The notes below the pieces were generated by a model that had not been told where the DNA came from, did no database searches, and worked only from the letters and a program-made list of their open reading frames with translations. Below are positions 35,971 to 49,800 of a stretch of 64,000 nucleotides of DNA, in pieces. Location of the stretch: NCBI RefSeq assembly GCF_036321535.1, contig NC_087436.1, forward strand, positions 83,082,001 to 83,146,000, written 5' to 3'. Source of the DNA: Camelus dromedarius (lineage: Eukaryota). The first letter of the stretch is position 1. Each line of letters begins with the position of its first letter. The translations under genes were made by a program, and so were the position numbers.

Positions 35971-38900
35971 CTGCAAGGGATGGTAGAAAGGAAGAGAAAC
36001 ACAATGGAAATAAGAGTCTGTACAAAAAGAAATCAAACTTCCTCTGGAAGGCCAAACTAGTTTAACACCTAGTTACTAACACAATTATTTCACAACGGTT
36101 TGTGCTTCTTTCACCGGGTATCGATGCCCACATTTTTCTACATTGCAGATAGAATCACTGATGACCCAAAATAACCATATTATCTGTATGCCACTGTAGC
36201 ATTTTTGGCAATAGATATACCAGTGGACTAAGGTTCAAGATATGCAGCTCCTGCAGAAGAAAATACACGTAAAGCATTTAGCATAGGGACTAATACAGGA
36301 TTCATTCGTAAGTGTTAGCTCTGACTTAGCAATTCTGCTTCTAGACATTTAGAATTTATTATGGAGCCAAGTGTAAAATTCATTGTAATACTAAAACTAA
36401 AACACAAGATTTCAGAGAAATCTCCAGCCAGTGGTGGCCCCTCCAGGCTGCACGGAGACCTGCACCTGGCTTTGTCCTCCTCTCTTCCTCCTATCTGAGA
36501 CTTTTTAAGCAGTCTGCTGTGTCACCTGTTCAGTTACTGCATGGGCCGCTTCATTGGGATCATGGCACTGGTTGATGAAGTCACAAATCTCTTGACTGTT
36601 CACCATGAAGTTAATTCCATCTGTAGTGAGGACCAGGAAGCTGTCATCAGCATGATGTAGCTGCAATCAGAACCAAAGGCACAGGATTATAAACCAGACT
36701 CAGCCTTAGAATAATCTTCATAATTCAAAGATTTTCTCTGTTTGCTGAGTGGTCATCTGTGTTTCAGAGCTTGCAGGCAAACAGTGTAAAAATGGAAGAC
36801 CTGTATTTAGGGCAAAAATAGCAACACTGAGCATCAACTGCGGAGGACAAACCTAACATTTACTTAGTAATGCCACAGAGGAAGAAACCAGATAGCCAAA
36901 TGCTGACAGGCAGCATGAGGTAATGACTGCGAGCACTGTTTCTGGAGACAGGCTTCCTGGGTGTGAAACCTGCCTCTATTTTTCAGCTGGGCAAAAGTAG
37001 GTAAGTTGAAATCTACATGCCCTGGATTGGTTTTCTCTGTAAAATGGGGGTAGGAGTAGCTATTTTGACCAGAACACATAGTCACATAGTCACATAGTCA
37101 ATCCCTGTATAAGTATCTGTTAGATGAAATGAATATTAAGTGGGACATCTGTAAGACAAAATTGTTCAATTAATTAACAATCATTTGCTGCCATTACTTG
37201 GAGCCTACACTACAACATGCCAGGTACTTGAGCAGGCTGGGGGTTGCAGAGGGGAAGGATGAGCTCACCCTGGGTGGACACTGGGGGAAGTATAGCATAA
37301 TGGGGGCTATGATTAGCAGCAGGCAAAAGATGTCACAGAAATACACGTGGGGTGATTATTTAGCTTGGTGGACAAGGGAAGTCAGGATCGGCTTCCAAGG
37401 AAAGGCAACGCTCACGATCATGTGCAGGTCAGGAAACACTGGAGCACCATGCTTCCAGGCAAATTCCACAGCTGGGTGCAAAAAAAAACTGGTCATGTAC
37501 ATTAGGCCAGAAAGGAGTATCTTCTTTTATCTGAAAAGTTTATCTATCCTTCCATAAACCGCTTCTTTATAAAGTCATTTTGGCTTCCGTTGAGGCTTCA
37601 AAGTAAGCCCGCAGCTGGAGACAATCCTGCACTCATTTCGTGCCTGAGTATCAAGTGTTTGCAAGTCCCCTCCTACCTTAATCCTCTTTGTTTCAGGTTC
37701 TGCTATCACACCACTGGTTTTAAGATCCAAATCTCCAAGACTTCTTGTCATTGCAAGCCTGCCGTTCACGTGAGGCTGTCCCAAACTATTCCAAGCTACA
37801 AAACCCCCACATTTCTTGATCCTGGTCAAGAAAAAGTGAAAAGACTATGATGTAACACTCAAAACCAAGGGACGGCTAAACTTCAGCATGAGATCAGTCT
37901 AAAACACAAGGTTTCATTTCTATCTTGAACTATATAAATATCATCCTCATAGAAAGATTGATCAGTGGAGGTGGTTGGTACCTTTCTTTTTCATCTTTTC
38001 TTTCTGGAGTATGGTCAATGGTCAGCTTCATGGGTTTTCCTTTTCTACACAAAATTGCTCGGCTATCCCCAACACTGGCCACAACCAGTTCAATACCATC
38101 TCTCAACAGGGCTACTGTTGCAGTAGTCCCAGAGGTCAGAAGGGTTGCTGCAAACATTATGAAAAAGAATGTAAGTCAGTGATAGTCAAATGACTGGATA
38201 TGGAATTTTTGTTACAAACGAAAACACAGGTGTGTTAAACTAATGCAAAATGTATCTTTCTAATATAACTAGAGCTATGCAAATAAAATGCAAATGAACT
38301 ATGTAAGTAATGGCATGCAGAGAAAGAAGTATTTAATTCAGTAACAAGGCTCCATGCAAACAGAAAAAGTTGCTAACAATTTGGTAAAAAAAAAAAAAAA
38401 ATGCATCACTGTCTCCAAATGGCTTTTATTTATATAAACTAGAGCTCACCTGAATTTATCATTATGACACCTTTGTGTGTACATCAGTTGTCAAGATTAA
38501 AAATATGACATTTTAATTAGATTGGCTAATCTAGGTCTACAGAGCCCATTCAGGCAAGCAGACTTTTCTATAATCTATGCACTTAGGTTCTCTCTTCCAT
38601 TTCTTTATCCTATCCTGTGAAAGTATGATCAGTTAATAGGCTAAAATATGCCAAGTGCATACCATTTACTCTTCAAGTTCTATATTTTATATTCTTTCCT
38701 TCTATAACTGTTTTAATTCTACATATGCTCACCAAAAAAAAAAAAAAATCCTAAAATGGTTAAAGGTTCACATTCTTTTCTTGTTTATCTTATTTCTCTC
38801 TAGACATGAAATAAAGTTACAGCCATCATTATATTGGGACAAAGTCTAGAAGGCCAGGAATGAAATTCATTCCAGTTTCCCATAAGCTTGGTGTAGTTCA

Positions 38901-41900
38901 CATTTTTGATTCCAGCAAGATCTAGTACAATTAGTCTGTACCCAAATGCAGGACAGCACTGCCAAGTGCTCCTGCTGTGGTCATGCCCTGGGCCCAGAGC
39001 ATTCCAAGAATATTCATTTCCTCTGACTAATAACAAAATTACACGTTACTTGGCTTGAGGTCGCCACTGTTTCCCCATCCAACCCAAAGTGCATTTTTCA
39101 TTTATTTATCCCAAAAATGTCTGTCCTAAGTTCCTTAATATTTGTTAAAAATTTTGAAGGTGCATTGAGCCTTGTCAAAAGTGAAAGAATGCTATGAAAT
39201 TATGGGCTAAAAAGTAAAGCAAGTTGGAAGAAATTGAAAAAGATAACTTATTTTAAAGCAGGTATTATCTTCAGTAACATGGTTAATTCTTTAAAGCATC
39301 TAAGTGAAATATTCAGGTGATCAATTAAAGATGATTCTGACTTCAAAGGTGGATTTAGTAAAAATGAATTGCTGCTGATTTGACCATCTTTCCAATATTT
39401 TTAAAGACAATTTAAACAACATCAGCAATGCATTCTGGAAAGATATATATGCATATATTTTCCAATCAGATCATTAAAATGCCTGCTTTAATCAGAAAAA
39501 TAACGTGGAAAAAATATGAATAAACCCTGTTTAATCTTTTATATCCATGCTGAATTTACTTTATTGAGAAGTAACATTTATAGTTGCACTATCTTCCCAT
39601 TTATCTCTTGATTTTGGAACTGTTGTGCCAAAGTAGTAATATCTTGGCAATGCTAAAATATATTATATATTGTCATCGTACAACACAAATATTTTAGTGT
39701 AAGTATCAGTGATGTTTAAATTACAAATGCCAACTCTTGAGTTTCCTAAAACACTTTGCAAGGGAATCTTCACAGTTTAACCACTGTAATCTTTTTGAAT
39801 GATTGGAAGAGCCAGGGAAGAAAACACAGGAATTTTACTCAGATGCTACCTGTCTAGGGAGTTTGGTATTCCTCTCATTTGTTTAAACTGTCAACAGTAG
39901 CTTTGGTTTTAAAGTAGTTTTTAATTGGCTACATCAAAAAGAGTTAAAATTTCATAAATGAAAACTTCAAGTTTAGCCATTTCGGATTATAATTCATGGC
40001 TTTGCTGCCTAGGAATTTAAAAGAGCTTGAGTTTTCACTAACCCAATTTCACAGTTCCAAAATGCCAGGATTAATGGGAAAGTTTTTAAAACTATTGATC
40101 CTGGTTTGCTAAGCATCTAAGGATATAAATATTAAATCAGCATTTATTGTCGTTTAACACTGAACATGGAAGTAAAAATTCTCACTTTTTTCCCTAACAA
40201 CAAAACTATAAAACTAAGACATCTTTCAATAAGTTCTTAACACTCACTGGACATTTTCTACTGCAAGTCATCTCAACTAATGGGACAAAGAGGATGTGGG
40301 AACCTTCCCGTAGTCCAGGCTAGGAACCGCTGGACTCCATCACCTGGGACAAAATTAAGCAGATCTCTCTTTCCACTGAAGCCCAGCAAATAGTGTCCAC
40401 GGGCTCCAGGTCTAGAGCTGCTGACCAGGCACAGTTCTCTGCCACAAATAACACGCACAGAGGCAAATAGGAAATTCACCCAGGAAGTGTGCTCAAACAT
40501 TACAAACCTGCAACACAGGGGAGGATAGAAAAAGAGCTGCAAAATAAGGGGAAGGGGTTTTATATTGGTGAAAATTTCACTAGCAAATTACATAACATTC
40601 CAGGAGATGCCAAATCAACGATTCCAAAACTCAATTTGCCCAAGTTGATGGTATTTTGTAGCTGAGTCTCTTTTTTTCATCACAGAGTAATACTTACTAG
40701 TTTTGTGGCTTCTCCAGGTAGGAAAAAACTACATACAAATGCATGTGTACCAAGACACATATGTGGTGACACAGACATACATCTACATACTCACACACAC
40801 ACCCATGTTCACATGCACATGACACACTCAGTCTTGAAGAGTAAATCAGTACCTTTACTGAGTTGAAAACAATGCACTGTAAGTGTTTGTTTTCAGTATC
40901 AGAATTGTCCCAATAACAAAAGGGAAAATTCATGGGTATAGCAGTGAATAATTCATATCTGACAAGCATATTAGAGAAGACATAAACTACAGTATACCAC
41001 CAAATTACTGGGATTTAAGTATATATCAGGATGGAATCAAAACACCTCCTATACTGGATACAAGAAGTATCATATTTGTTAATGGTACTTAATGCAGTGA
41101 TTTAGTATCTAGAAGGCATCTTTTGAGTAGAACAATTAATTTGTTTAAATAAAGGCTAGTAAGGCTCTTGAGCTCTAATGCATGTTTACAATTTTTTATA
41201 ATTTATAAAACAGGTGTTTCTGCAGCTCTTTGTTTCCCCCAGTGTTGCAGGTCGATACATCAAAAGAAAAATGATCAAGATTTTGAATAGCAACATAAAG
41301 AGTAAAAGCTGTACTTTTCAAGGTATAATCCCCCCCCCAGTAATTATTCAACTGTGTAAACAATAATATGTATGAACCAATACAGTTTCAATACTTATGA
41401 AAAATGGGTGTTCTAGACATGTGTGAATCATAAACAGTAAATCGAAGTACCGAGTTGAAGCAGTAACAGCACAATAAGAATACCCGCGGTCCCTATTTTT
41501 TTACTTTTGGCTGCCTCCAGCCTAAGAAGGGTAATCAAAAACATTGCATTTCTAACACTGGTTATTTTGTAGTTTATTTAATTCTTCCATTAAGAGATCA
41601 AGTAATATGAAGAGCATGGAAGTTTCCAATGAGACTCACAATGCTGCCACCAACGTCTCCCACTCTGAACGTCAGAGCAAGTCTTCTCTTTTTGATCCAT
41701 TTGTCTCTTGGGGAGCTTTGTTGCTTTCAAATCTTAAGCAATCTAGAAACACTTTGAAGAGTTTATAGGATATAATCTAAATTTTCTACCATCTGCTTTG
41801 TTTTAAGTGACAATTTGTTCATAAACAATAGACTAATGGGATATCATTTGAACTTACTGGCTGGTTTCATTAACTGTAAAAACACATATGACTGGCATAA

Positions 41901-44900
41901 AATGAATATAAAATATTCAAAGATGATGATGAAATTAGCTATTTGTACATAAGGATAAACTCAAAATTCATCAACAACAAATCAATTAAAAATAGCCAGC
42001 AATTTCTTAAAGGCTGTTTCTTGAAAAGTGGCATTCTGATTTTATTCTCCTCAGACTACCCCCATTTTAAACTGAAATTGTAAATATTTCAAATGCTAAT
42101 GAGAAATAATTTGAAGTATTTTATGCAGATATAACAGCTTTGGACCAACATCTTGAAAAGATGAGCATGTTTGATTATTTTCACTCTGTTAAGAAAGCTA
42201 ATACCATATGATGCGAGGCGTTCTTCCCTACCTGAAATTCCACCATTAGTGATTCATTCCTGTGATTTAACCAACCTCTTTTCAGGTTTCCCCAACTGAA
42301 AATTCAAATCCTTCCATAAGTGATAACTCATTAACATCTATAAATTATATTAATAATTTGGTTAAGTCAGCTATAGGATGATCAAGGAATAAGCTATAAT
42401 AACTTTGGTGAGAAAGAGCAGGCAATGGAGATCAGTACAGTGCAAATAATTACTGAATGAGAACCTTCCAGAGTCTCTGCAGGGTGCTGTACTCTGGACA
42501 GTCGTAAATGAGTAAGCCATGGTCCCTACCCTCAGGCTGTTCACGGGAAGGGTTCAAGGAGGGCAAAGGAGCTGATGCCAAGAGAAGATGAAAGAGATTG
42601 GAGAGGGCAAACTACTTACTTCAGTTTTATTTAACTAGCACTGGTCCTATTTTATAGCTATGCCAGAAAGAATATTATCCACTCTTACAACACTGATACC
42701 ACTTCAGTTCTTACTAAAACCTAAAAAAAGTTTTTAATTTAAATAACTTTGAAATCTTAAGTGGTATACTTTTTTTTTAATCCACCAATTGAAAAGTTAA
42801 ACAACATATAGCATTCTCTCTTTCGTGACTTTAATATATTTGATAAAATAAGCCCCAAATATCAAGAAAATTTTTGCCATCTTTGAAAGCCATGGCAACT
42901 TATTAAGAATAAATTTTAAAGCTGTTCTTAAAGTACTCATTTTAAAAAACCACACAGACTAACTGGTCTATAAGAATACATACAAAATAAGACTTAAGAA
43001 TAACAATGTCATAACAGACCCTTTCCTTTTCTTTTAGTAACATCATCCTGTCGCCTTCCATGATACTTGCAAGCAAATGGCCATTGAATAAAAATTTCTG
43101 AATGTCTTATGAAAGTTCTCAGATTATTAACTCAAACTCTATGACAGAACTAAGTTAAATACATCTTCATTTCATTATTAAAAATGAAGTACATTTCTAT
43201 GATTAATTTCTTTGCACAACTGACTATGTGAGAAAGGTATCTTTAGAAAGTTTCTTTTAAGGTAGGCAAGTTAAGTAAATTCCTTCCCTAAGTTCAAAAT
43301 TCCCTTTAACTGTAATTTATTACTAAATAAATGAAATAAGTCCTCTCACATTTTATAAGAAATCTATCATTGTTTTAAGCATCTTCGTCAATTAGATCCT
43401 TTACAAAAGGGTTGACTGCATCTATGAAGGGGTTAACTTTTTTTTATTATTGGCCACATTCCTATGATAAACTTGAACATTCTTGTCTGAAAACCTTGCC
43501 CAGTAAGCTCTACCTTTTACAGAACAACTGGGGCACACCACCTGCACTACAGCCCATAAACGTTGCGGTGTGAGATACAGCCGACCTGGTTATGGATGAA
43601 ATAAGAGCATTACCAATATTCAGAGTTATAAAAATAAACCTATAAGAGAGTTTGAATGTCCTCTTTGCCTTCATATGTTTTACCCATTAGGAACAAGAAC
43701 AGAATCCTATGCTAAACTTTACCCTCTCTCAACCCTTATTTTCGTAAGGTGAGGGGCCAGCCAGAAGGGGAAAAAAATATCCAAAGGCATGAAGAAGAGA
43801 AAATGGGCCTGAATAATCTATAAACATGAAAATAAATCCCTGAACAAAGAGAGTGGACTCACTCAAACACTCTTCTGAGAAGTATGATGATGATAAGGTT
43901 CTCAAAAAGGGGGAGGAAATACCTCTTAAGATGGCAAATAGAGTCATCTCCCCTCATCATTAAATATGCTCGTGAGAGAGGCCACAGTGGGTGCCAGGAA
44001 CGTCCTAGCCCTAACTCTGCAACTGACCTTTTACCTCTCTCTGAGTTTCAGTTCTTTATCTGTGAAATGGGGAGAATTTCCATCCCTATGCAATAAGACT
44101 GTAAATTATTAAAAAAAAAAAAAACAAAACATTGCTGTGAGGACACTTTGACCTCCTTTAACAAAAGGATGAACCAAACACAGACTAATTGTATTGCATG
44201 ATTCATTTTCAAATTAGTTACGAGGTCTATATGCATACATTTAAATGGTGCTGCAGCAGCTTTCAAGATTAAAAGCAATAAATTTGGGGGCCTGCCGACT
44301 AGAAAACATGAGCTACATTTTCGTGAAATACTTTTGATAAATTCAGTCAAAATCAGAAACATTTTACTTTCAAAGTTTAAGGACATACAGTACACAAATT
44401 CTAAAATTCAGCCCTTGTGTTTAACAAATAAAAACAAAAATATCACTAGTTACCACAGGGAAGCTGCAAGATCAAGCTTTTTTTTAAGAAGTGGAAGAAA
44501 AAAATACCTTCCTTCTAATTATACAAAGTAGTACACATTAGCCATTGTCCTTTCCTACTTAGGACCAATTATTGCAATTTTCTTCTTGTCTGGACAATGA
44601 CCCCTTGGCTAGATGAGATTACCCTGTAGTGTATTTCAGTACTTGCTCATCAGATTCATCTAAAAAAACAAAAGCAATAAACTCTCTCATTGTATAGACC
44701 TCTTGTCCATAAAATGAGCAAACAGATTTTTAATTTTTTTTTTTACCTTTTTAAAATTGAAATTCAATATCAGAATCATTTTGGAGCTTCGATTTCTAAA
44801 AAAGAAAATCTTCAACATATTTCATTTAAAAGTGAGATACTACCATTAGTATTGATTCCAAACAGCATTTAAAGTGATTATTAAAAAAATCATTTTCAAT

Positions 44901-46807
44901 ATAAGCGTCCTTACAATAAGCTTATTTTAAAATTCCCACCCCTAAAGGGCTTAATTAAATTGTTTCCTTTTTAACCAAAATTCCCCAGGACCCTAAGGAA
45001 TGAGATTGTTTTACTTACCATCAGCAGACAGGTGGGCGTGCCTTGCAAAGGCTTTATCTATTTCTAGAAAAGCCAAGGTCAACACAGTTTCCAAATTCTC
45101 CTCCTTAGGAAGCAAATCCCTTTGTGGAGAGGAAAAAAGAGCCCCAAACAATTATTTTTACAATAGATTTCTCCCCTTCCTCTTGGTCCCTCCAGCTAGC
45201 AAAGTCATTCCATACAATGGACGTAGATGGCCTGCCTTTCAGATGCTTAAAATCCACATATTAATGAACCAAACTGAGAAAGAATCAGGCACAAATATGT
45301 CTTTAAAAACAATAAAAAGAAGTCTGAAGGGAGGTGGGGGTATAGCTCAGTGGTAGAATGCATGCTTAGCATGCACAAGGTCATGAGTTCAATCCCCAGT
45401 ACCTCCAGTGAAATAAATATAAATTACCTCCCCCCTAAAAATAAAATTAAATAAATAGATAATTGCCCTTGAACATTCTTTGTTCTTTATTAAAAAAAAA
45501 AAAAAAAAAAAAAAAAGAAGAAGAAGAAGTCTGAGTGTCCCTCCATCCTTAGAAAATTAATCCTCACTACCACAACCCTGAGAGGTCAAGACTTCCTTCA
45601 TATTAATTAAGCCACTGAGTTCCCGTGTGGAATAAGGCAAAATATACATAAAGCAACTGATGAACAATATGAATAACTATGCTTGAGAAGAAGAAATAGT
45701 CACATGGTCATAACTTACATGTTCTCCCAGTTTTTTTCAAATTTTTGGGCTAGAGGTAATCAGGATTATTTTTTAATGGAGGCATTAAATGCTAGGCATG
45801 CACTCTACCACTGAGCTGTTTACCCTCCCCTCCTTGTCCTCTCCATCTTTTAATTCTAGCAGTGTGATCCTCAATAACACATTAATAATAATAATAATTG
45901 TGGTAAACAAACTTTTTAAAGAGTGCCAAAACCCCTTCATTAAATGCATTCTTCATATTCTAAAATGAATCATGTAAAGCTATTTTCAACAAGTATTCAA
46001 AGCTATTCATACCACCTGAAATTACTATTTATTGAAGCACTATATGCCATGCATTGATAGGAGTAAACACTTCTCATAGATTTTCACAGCATATGAGATC
46101 GGGTACTTTATTACGTTAATTCACTTGAAATGATCACGAGTCAAGTGCCGTTGATTTTAGTCAATGCTCTCACCAAGGGAGTTGTTAAAACATACATATT
46201 TCTGAAATGGTAATAATCATCAGTAATAGACCCTGGGCCTGAGCTACTAAAACAACAGAATCAAAGCACTCAAATAAGTACGTTAAGAGTGAACATCTCA
46301 GCCAACGTGAAAAGTTTAAACAGAAAGCACAAGGCAAGATGCATAGAGTGAAAGCCATTGTACGTACAGTATGCACTTCTCCATATGGGTGTGACAGAAA
46401 TCAGCAGCCGCAGGTCCGCCGTGGCCATCGTACACCGCAAAGTACAGGACCTCATCTGTTAGCTGAGCAAAGTCAAACCGGTCTTCATTCTCTTTTCGTT
46501 TGCCAGTCTGCGAGGCACAGCCCACGTTTGCCAAGCTGATTTTGGGAATTGGCTTGCCATACTTGATGCTGGGTGGCAGTAGAATTGGTTCGTCAATGCG
46601 GTTATCCCAGATGCCAAAATTATCCCACGTGGATGGTCGCCCGCTACCATCAGGATCAAACCGAGAGCACCTGGGCTCTGAAGTGGAGCTGTGGCACGTA
46701 GGCGTCAACCACCTGCCCTCCTGCAGCAGGCGGGAGCAGAGCAGTGCTCTCTTTCTCACCTGGTTCCCACCGCTTCTAACCAAAGTGATTAAGGTAGCTG
46801 TTGACAT
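35839..46807 (-). CDS. PPM1K: Protein phosphatase 1K, mitochondrial (PP2Cm, BCKDH phosphatase), 372 aa; join 46807-46368, 45119-45019, 38147-37982, 37821-37677, 36660-36526, 35970-35839
   Basis: Exons 440+101+166+145+135+132 = 1119 nt, all GT-AG and in frame; PP2C motifs [35 protein letters not shown]; ends SGRWA. Confidence 0.98.
36526..36660 (-). CDS. PPM1K: PPM1K exon 6
   Basis: ttgcag|CTA ... CAG|gtgaca; [45 protein letters not shown]. Confidence 0.97.
37677..37821 (-). CDS. PPM1K: PPM1K exon 5
   Basis: accag|G ... AAG|gtagga; [30 protein letters not shown]. Confidence 0.97.
37982..38147 (-). CDS. PPM1K: PPM1K exon 4
   Basis: ttgcag|CA ... AG|gtacca; [17 protein letters not shown]...VGDSRAILC. 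Confidence 0.97.
45019..45119 (-). CDS. PPM1K: PPM1K exon 3
   Basis: caaag|G ... G|gtaagt; [33 protein letters not shown]. Confidence 0.97.
45328..45523 (+). mobile_element. Vic-1-type tRNA-Ala SINE in PPM1K intron 2
   Basis: TAGCTCAGTGGTAGA...GAGTTCAATCCCCAG, long poly-A, TSD AAGAAGTCTGA at 45317-45327 and 45524-45534. Confidence 0.88.
45731..45830 (-). mobile_element. Internally deleted Vic-1-type SINE, opposite orientation
   Basis: Reverse complement reads GGGGAGGGTAAACAGCTCAGTGGTAGAGTGCATGCCTAGCA; the B box is missing. Confidence 0.7.
46368..46807 (-). CDS. PPM1K: PPM1K exon 2 (coding part, includes mitochondrial targeting peptide)
   Basis: ATG at 46807, [17 protein letters not shown]...[21 protein letters not shown], donor CT|gtacgt. 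Confidence 0.98.
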
Positions 46808-49800
46808 AACTCAACTCCAGGGGACTCGGTAATGAGGGAGAGGTCAATAGCGCAATAATGGACGGTCTTCCAGAAAAATGATGCAACTGAGTAGAAAGAG
46901 AGACAGAGAGACTCCATCGGTAATTTCAAATATAACTGATCTATCATTAGCTATTATCAAAAATGAAGGCTGTAAAGAATGTGGCACCTAACAGCCTACT
47001 GCTAAGAATAGTAGATCAAATTCACCTACCCTATTCACGAGTGTTTAAATTCTATAAAAAAAAAATTGACAATGTGCACATGTCATATAGAACAAGTGCT
47101 TCTCCAACTTTAACCTACAGTCACCTGAAGATTTTGTTAAAACGTAGACTCTGATTCAGTCTGTCTGGGGTCAGGGCTGAGATGCTGTATTTCAAACCAG
47201 CTCCCTGGTGATGCCAAACTGCTGGTCTGGCAGGCCCACACTTTGAGTAGCAAGAATTAGAAAACAGATGTAAATAAATACTCTCCCCTTCATTAACTCC
47301 ATTGCTCTGAAGAAAAGGTAGGGATAGATATTAACAATAACAAAACTTCTTACAAGAGTTAGAAATAAGAAAAAATAACTGGTTGTTAGATATTTATGAT
47401 CGTTCTGTACTCAAAGAGTGCTCAAGTTTAGCAAAGATACAATCTAGGATTGAAGTTCTGTTTGTCTTAAGATTTTCCCACTTATTAACTTTACATACTT
47501 TATTACTATGTTGATGTAAACTGGTTCACGCAAACACTCCCAGAGACATAAGGATAAGCCAGTTCTGATGTGTGTGATCTCAGAGATTGGGTGGAACTGC
47601 ATTTGTGACAAGCAGCACTCATTTATGAGCAACTGGTCTATATATTTACATTAAAAGCTGTAATTCATCAGAAAGCCTCCCCTGGGTGTTAGCAGGGGAA
47701 ATTCCTACACCCCGGCAGGCTGTGTTTCTGGTAGTTTGCCATACAAATAAAGTTCTAAGCAGAAATTCATTTGCATAATACTTTGTTCTGTTATGAATTA
47801 AAAGCCAACTTGAAAAGACAGCACAATGTTAGATTTAATAATCCTGGTGGAGGATATATAGATGTTACATTATTCTCCACTGTGTTTTTTTTATTTCGTA
47901 TTTTTATTTATCTCAACAAAAAACGAACTTGATAAAAATGTATCCTCTCAAAAAGCATACACACACACACAAAGCCCAGCTTGAGTGCATCTATAAGAAA
48001 ATACACCTCAGATTCATTTTCAAACAAATTGTCGCAAATCAGTCCAGCTGTGTGTAGAAAGGGCAATTACTTCTTTCAGTAAGTAAAGCAGGAGGAAAGG
48101 ATGAGGTTCTAGAGGAGGCCCTTAGGTATCTAAGCAGCAAAAGGCATCAGAGCCCTGCCTTCACAGCATTTAGAATGAAGATGATTTCTGGAACAATTAA
48201 TGGATCACGAAAGACTTAGGAGGCCATCCCTTCTTGGCCTTTTAGCTAATATCATGTATTAAAGACTGAAACTCACTTCTTTTGTGACAATATTGGAGGC
48301 AGGGAGACATACTCTGGTTATCAAGTATCAAAGGGAAGCAACGCATTCCAGTACAAAAAAAGAAGTGTTTATTCCTCTGCTTCTGTTTGAAAGTTATATT
48401 TTGTTCATCAACAAAAATTGTGTCAAGTAGAAGTGAACTTGTGGAGAACTTTCAAACTATAATACAATCTAGCAAGCAAGAGAGCTAAGTGCTAATTACT
48501 GATTCGCAAAGCAGCTTTATACCATATTGAAAAGAAAAAAGTTAAATATGTTTATTAGAAAACATTCACATCTGAAGGGTGCACCAGAAATTAGCAAAGT
48601 GCTATTCTTTCGGCTTCAATCTCAAAGCATGTATACCATAACTAGCCTTGGGCCATTTTTGCAGTCACACACCTACTTTAAACAAGAGTTCTAGAATTAC
48701 AAACAAATAAATGTTGAGTAAAGTTTTTCTGCAGCTCTTCTAGGATACGCTTGTCTTTTTTCTCTCTCTCCCTAGCTTCCAAAAGTAAAATAAATAAAAC
48801 AAAACAGAGCTGCATTCATATCAGGGAATATACAGCCCCTGGAAATATTATTTAAGAGCTAAAAAAATGCAGTTGTGCAGTTTCTCTAAGCCTGCATAAA
48901 CTAAAATCAGTCTTCAACCTGGCCTCCTTCCTCACTTGTTATCTGCATGATCACCTCAGAAAGTAAGCAGAATAGTCACAGGAAAACATTTACTTTAAGG
49001 CATACCATTGACATGGATGAAATTTAACCCAGAGATACAGCTAGTTTACAAAACCAGGTCAGCACCACTTATGCAAGCAGGGGAGTGTCTAAAGAAGTGG
49101 TTCCATCCAGCCAACTCTCCAGATGCCCATGGAAATGACTAGGCACTGGTTAGCAGGTAGAATTTATAATGTGGGGGGAAAAAAAGCCTTCAAAAATATC
49201 AGTGTTCTTTATAACAAAGAATAGAGAACAAACTGACAAACAACTAAGAAATATCTTTATCATGTGTCAGTTCAGCAATTAAAAATTAGCATGCGTTTAT
49301 CATTCTGCAAACCAAAAAAAACAGTTATTCAGGAACTCTTTATGTCAATCTCTCAATCGGAAATCAAGGCTAGCTTATTTTTGTTTTAACGTTTGTATTC
49401 AATCTTTGAAAGTCAAAGTAATCCAAAAGAGTCCAAGGGCAGAATTCTGCTTGAAAGCTATTTGAGGACACAAAAATGTCAGAGCAAAAGTTAAATAAAA
49501 AAAGAGTGGGAACACATTATGCCTCACATCATATTCTTTTAGCAAAAATAAAATTTAAAAACTATGCTAAGCAAGAAAATAAAGATAAGCAACTTGATTG
49601 GAATTTTAGCTACACAGCAGATTATTTATATAAGCAACCTAACTATACTGATAATCACATACCACTAAGGAAAAGAATGGATAATCTTCAACCTCAGCCA
49701 AACTGTTTTCCAAATTCCTTTTTATTCCCCAATCAAAACAAAATACATGGATCACAATTAACTTTAATCCCATGAATAGTTTAAAATGTGTGAGTGCGAG

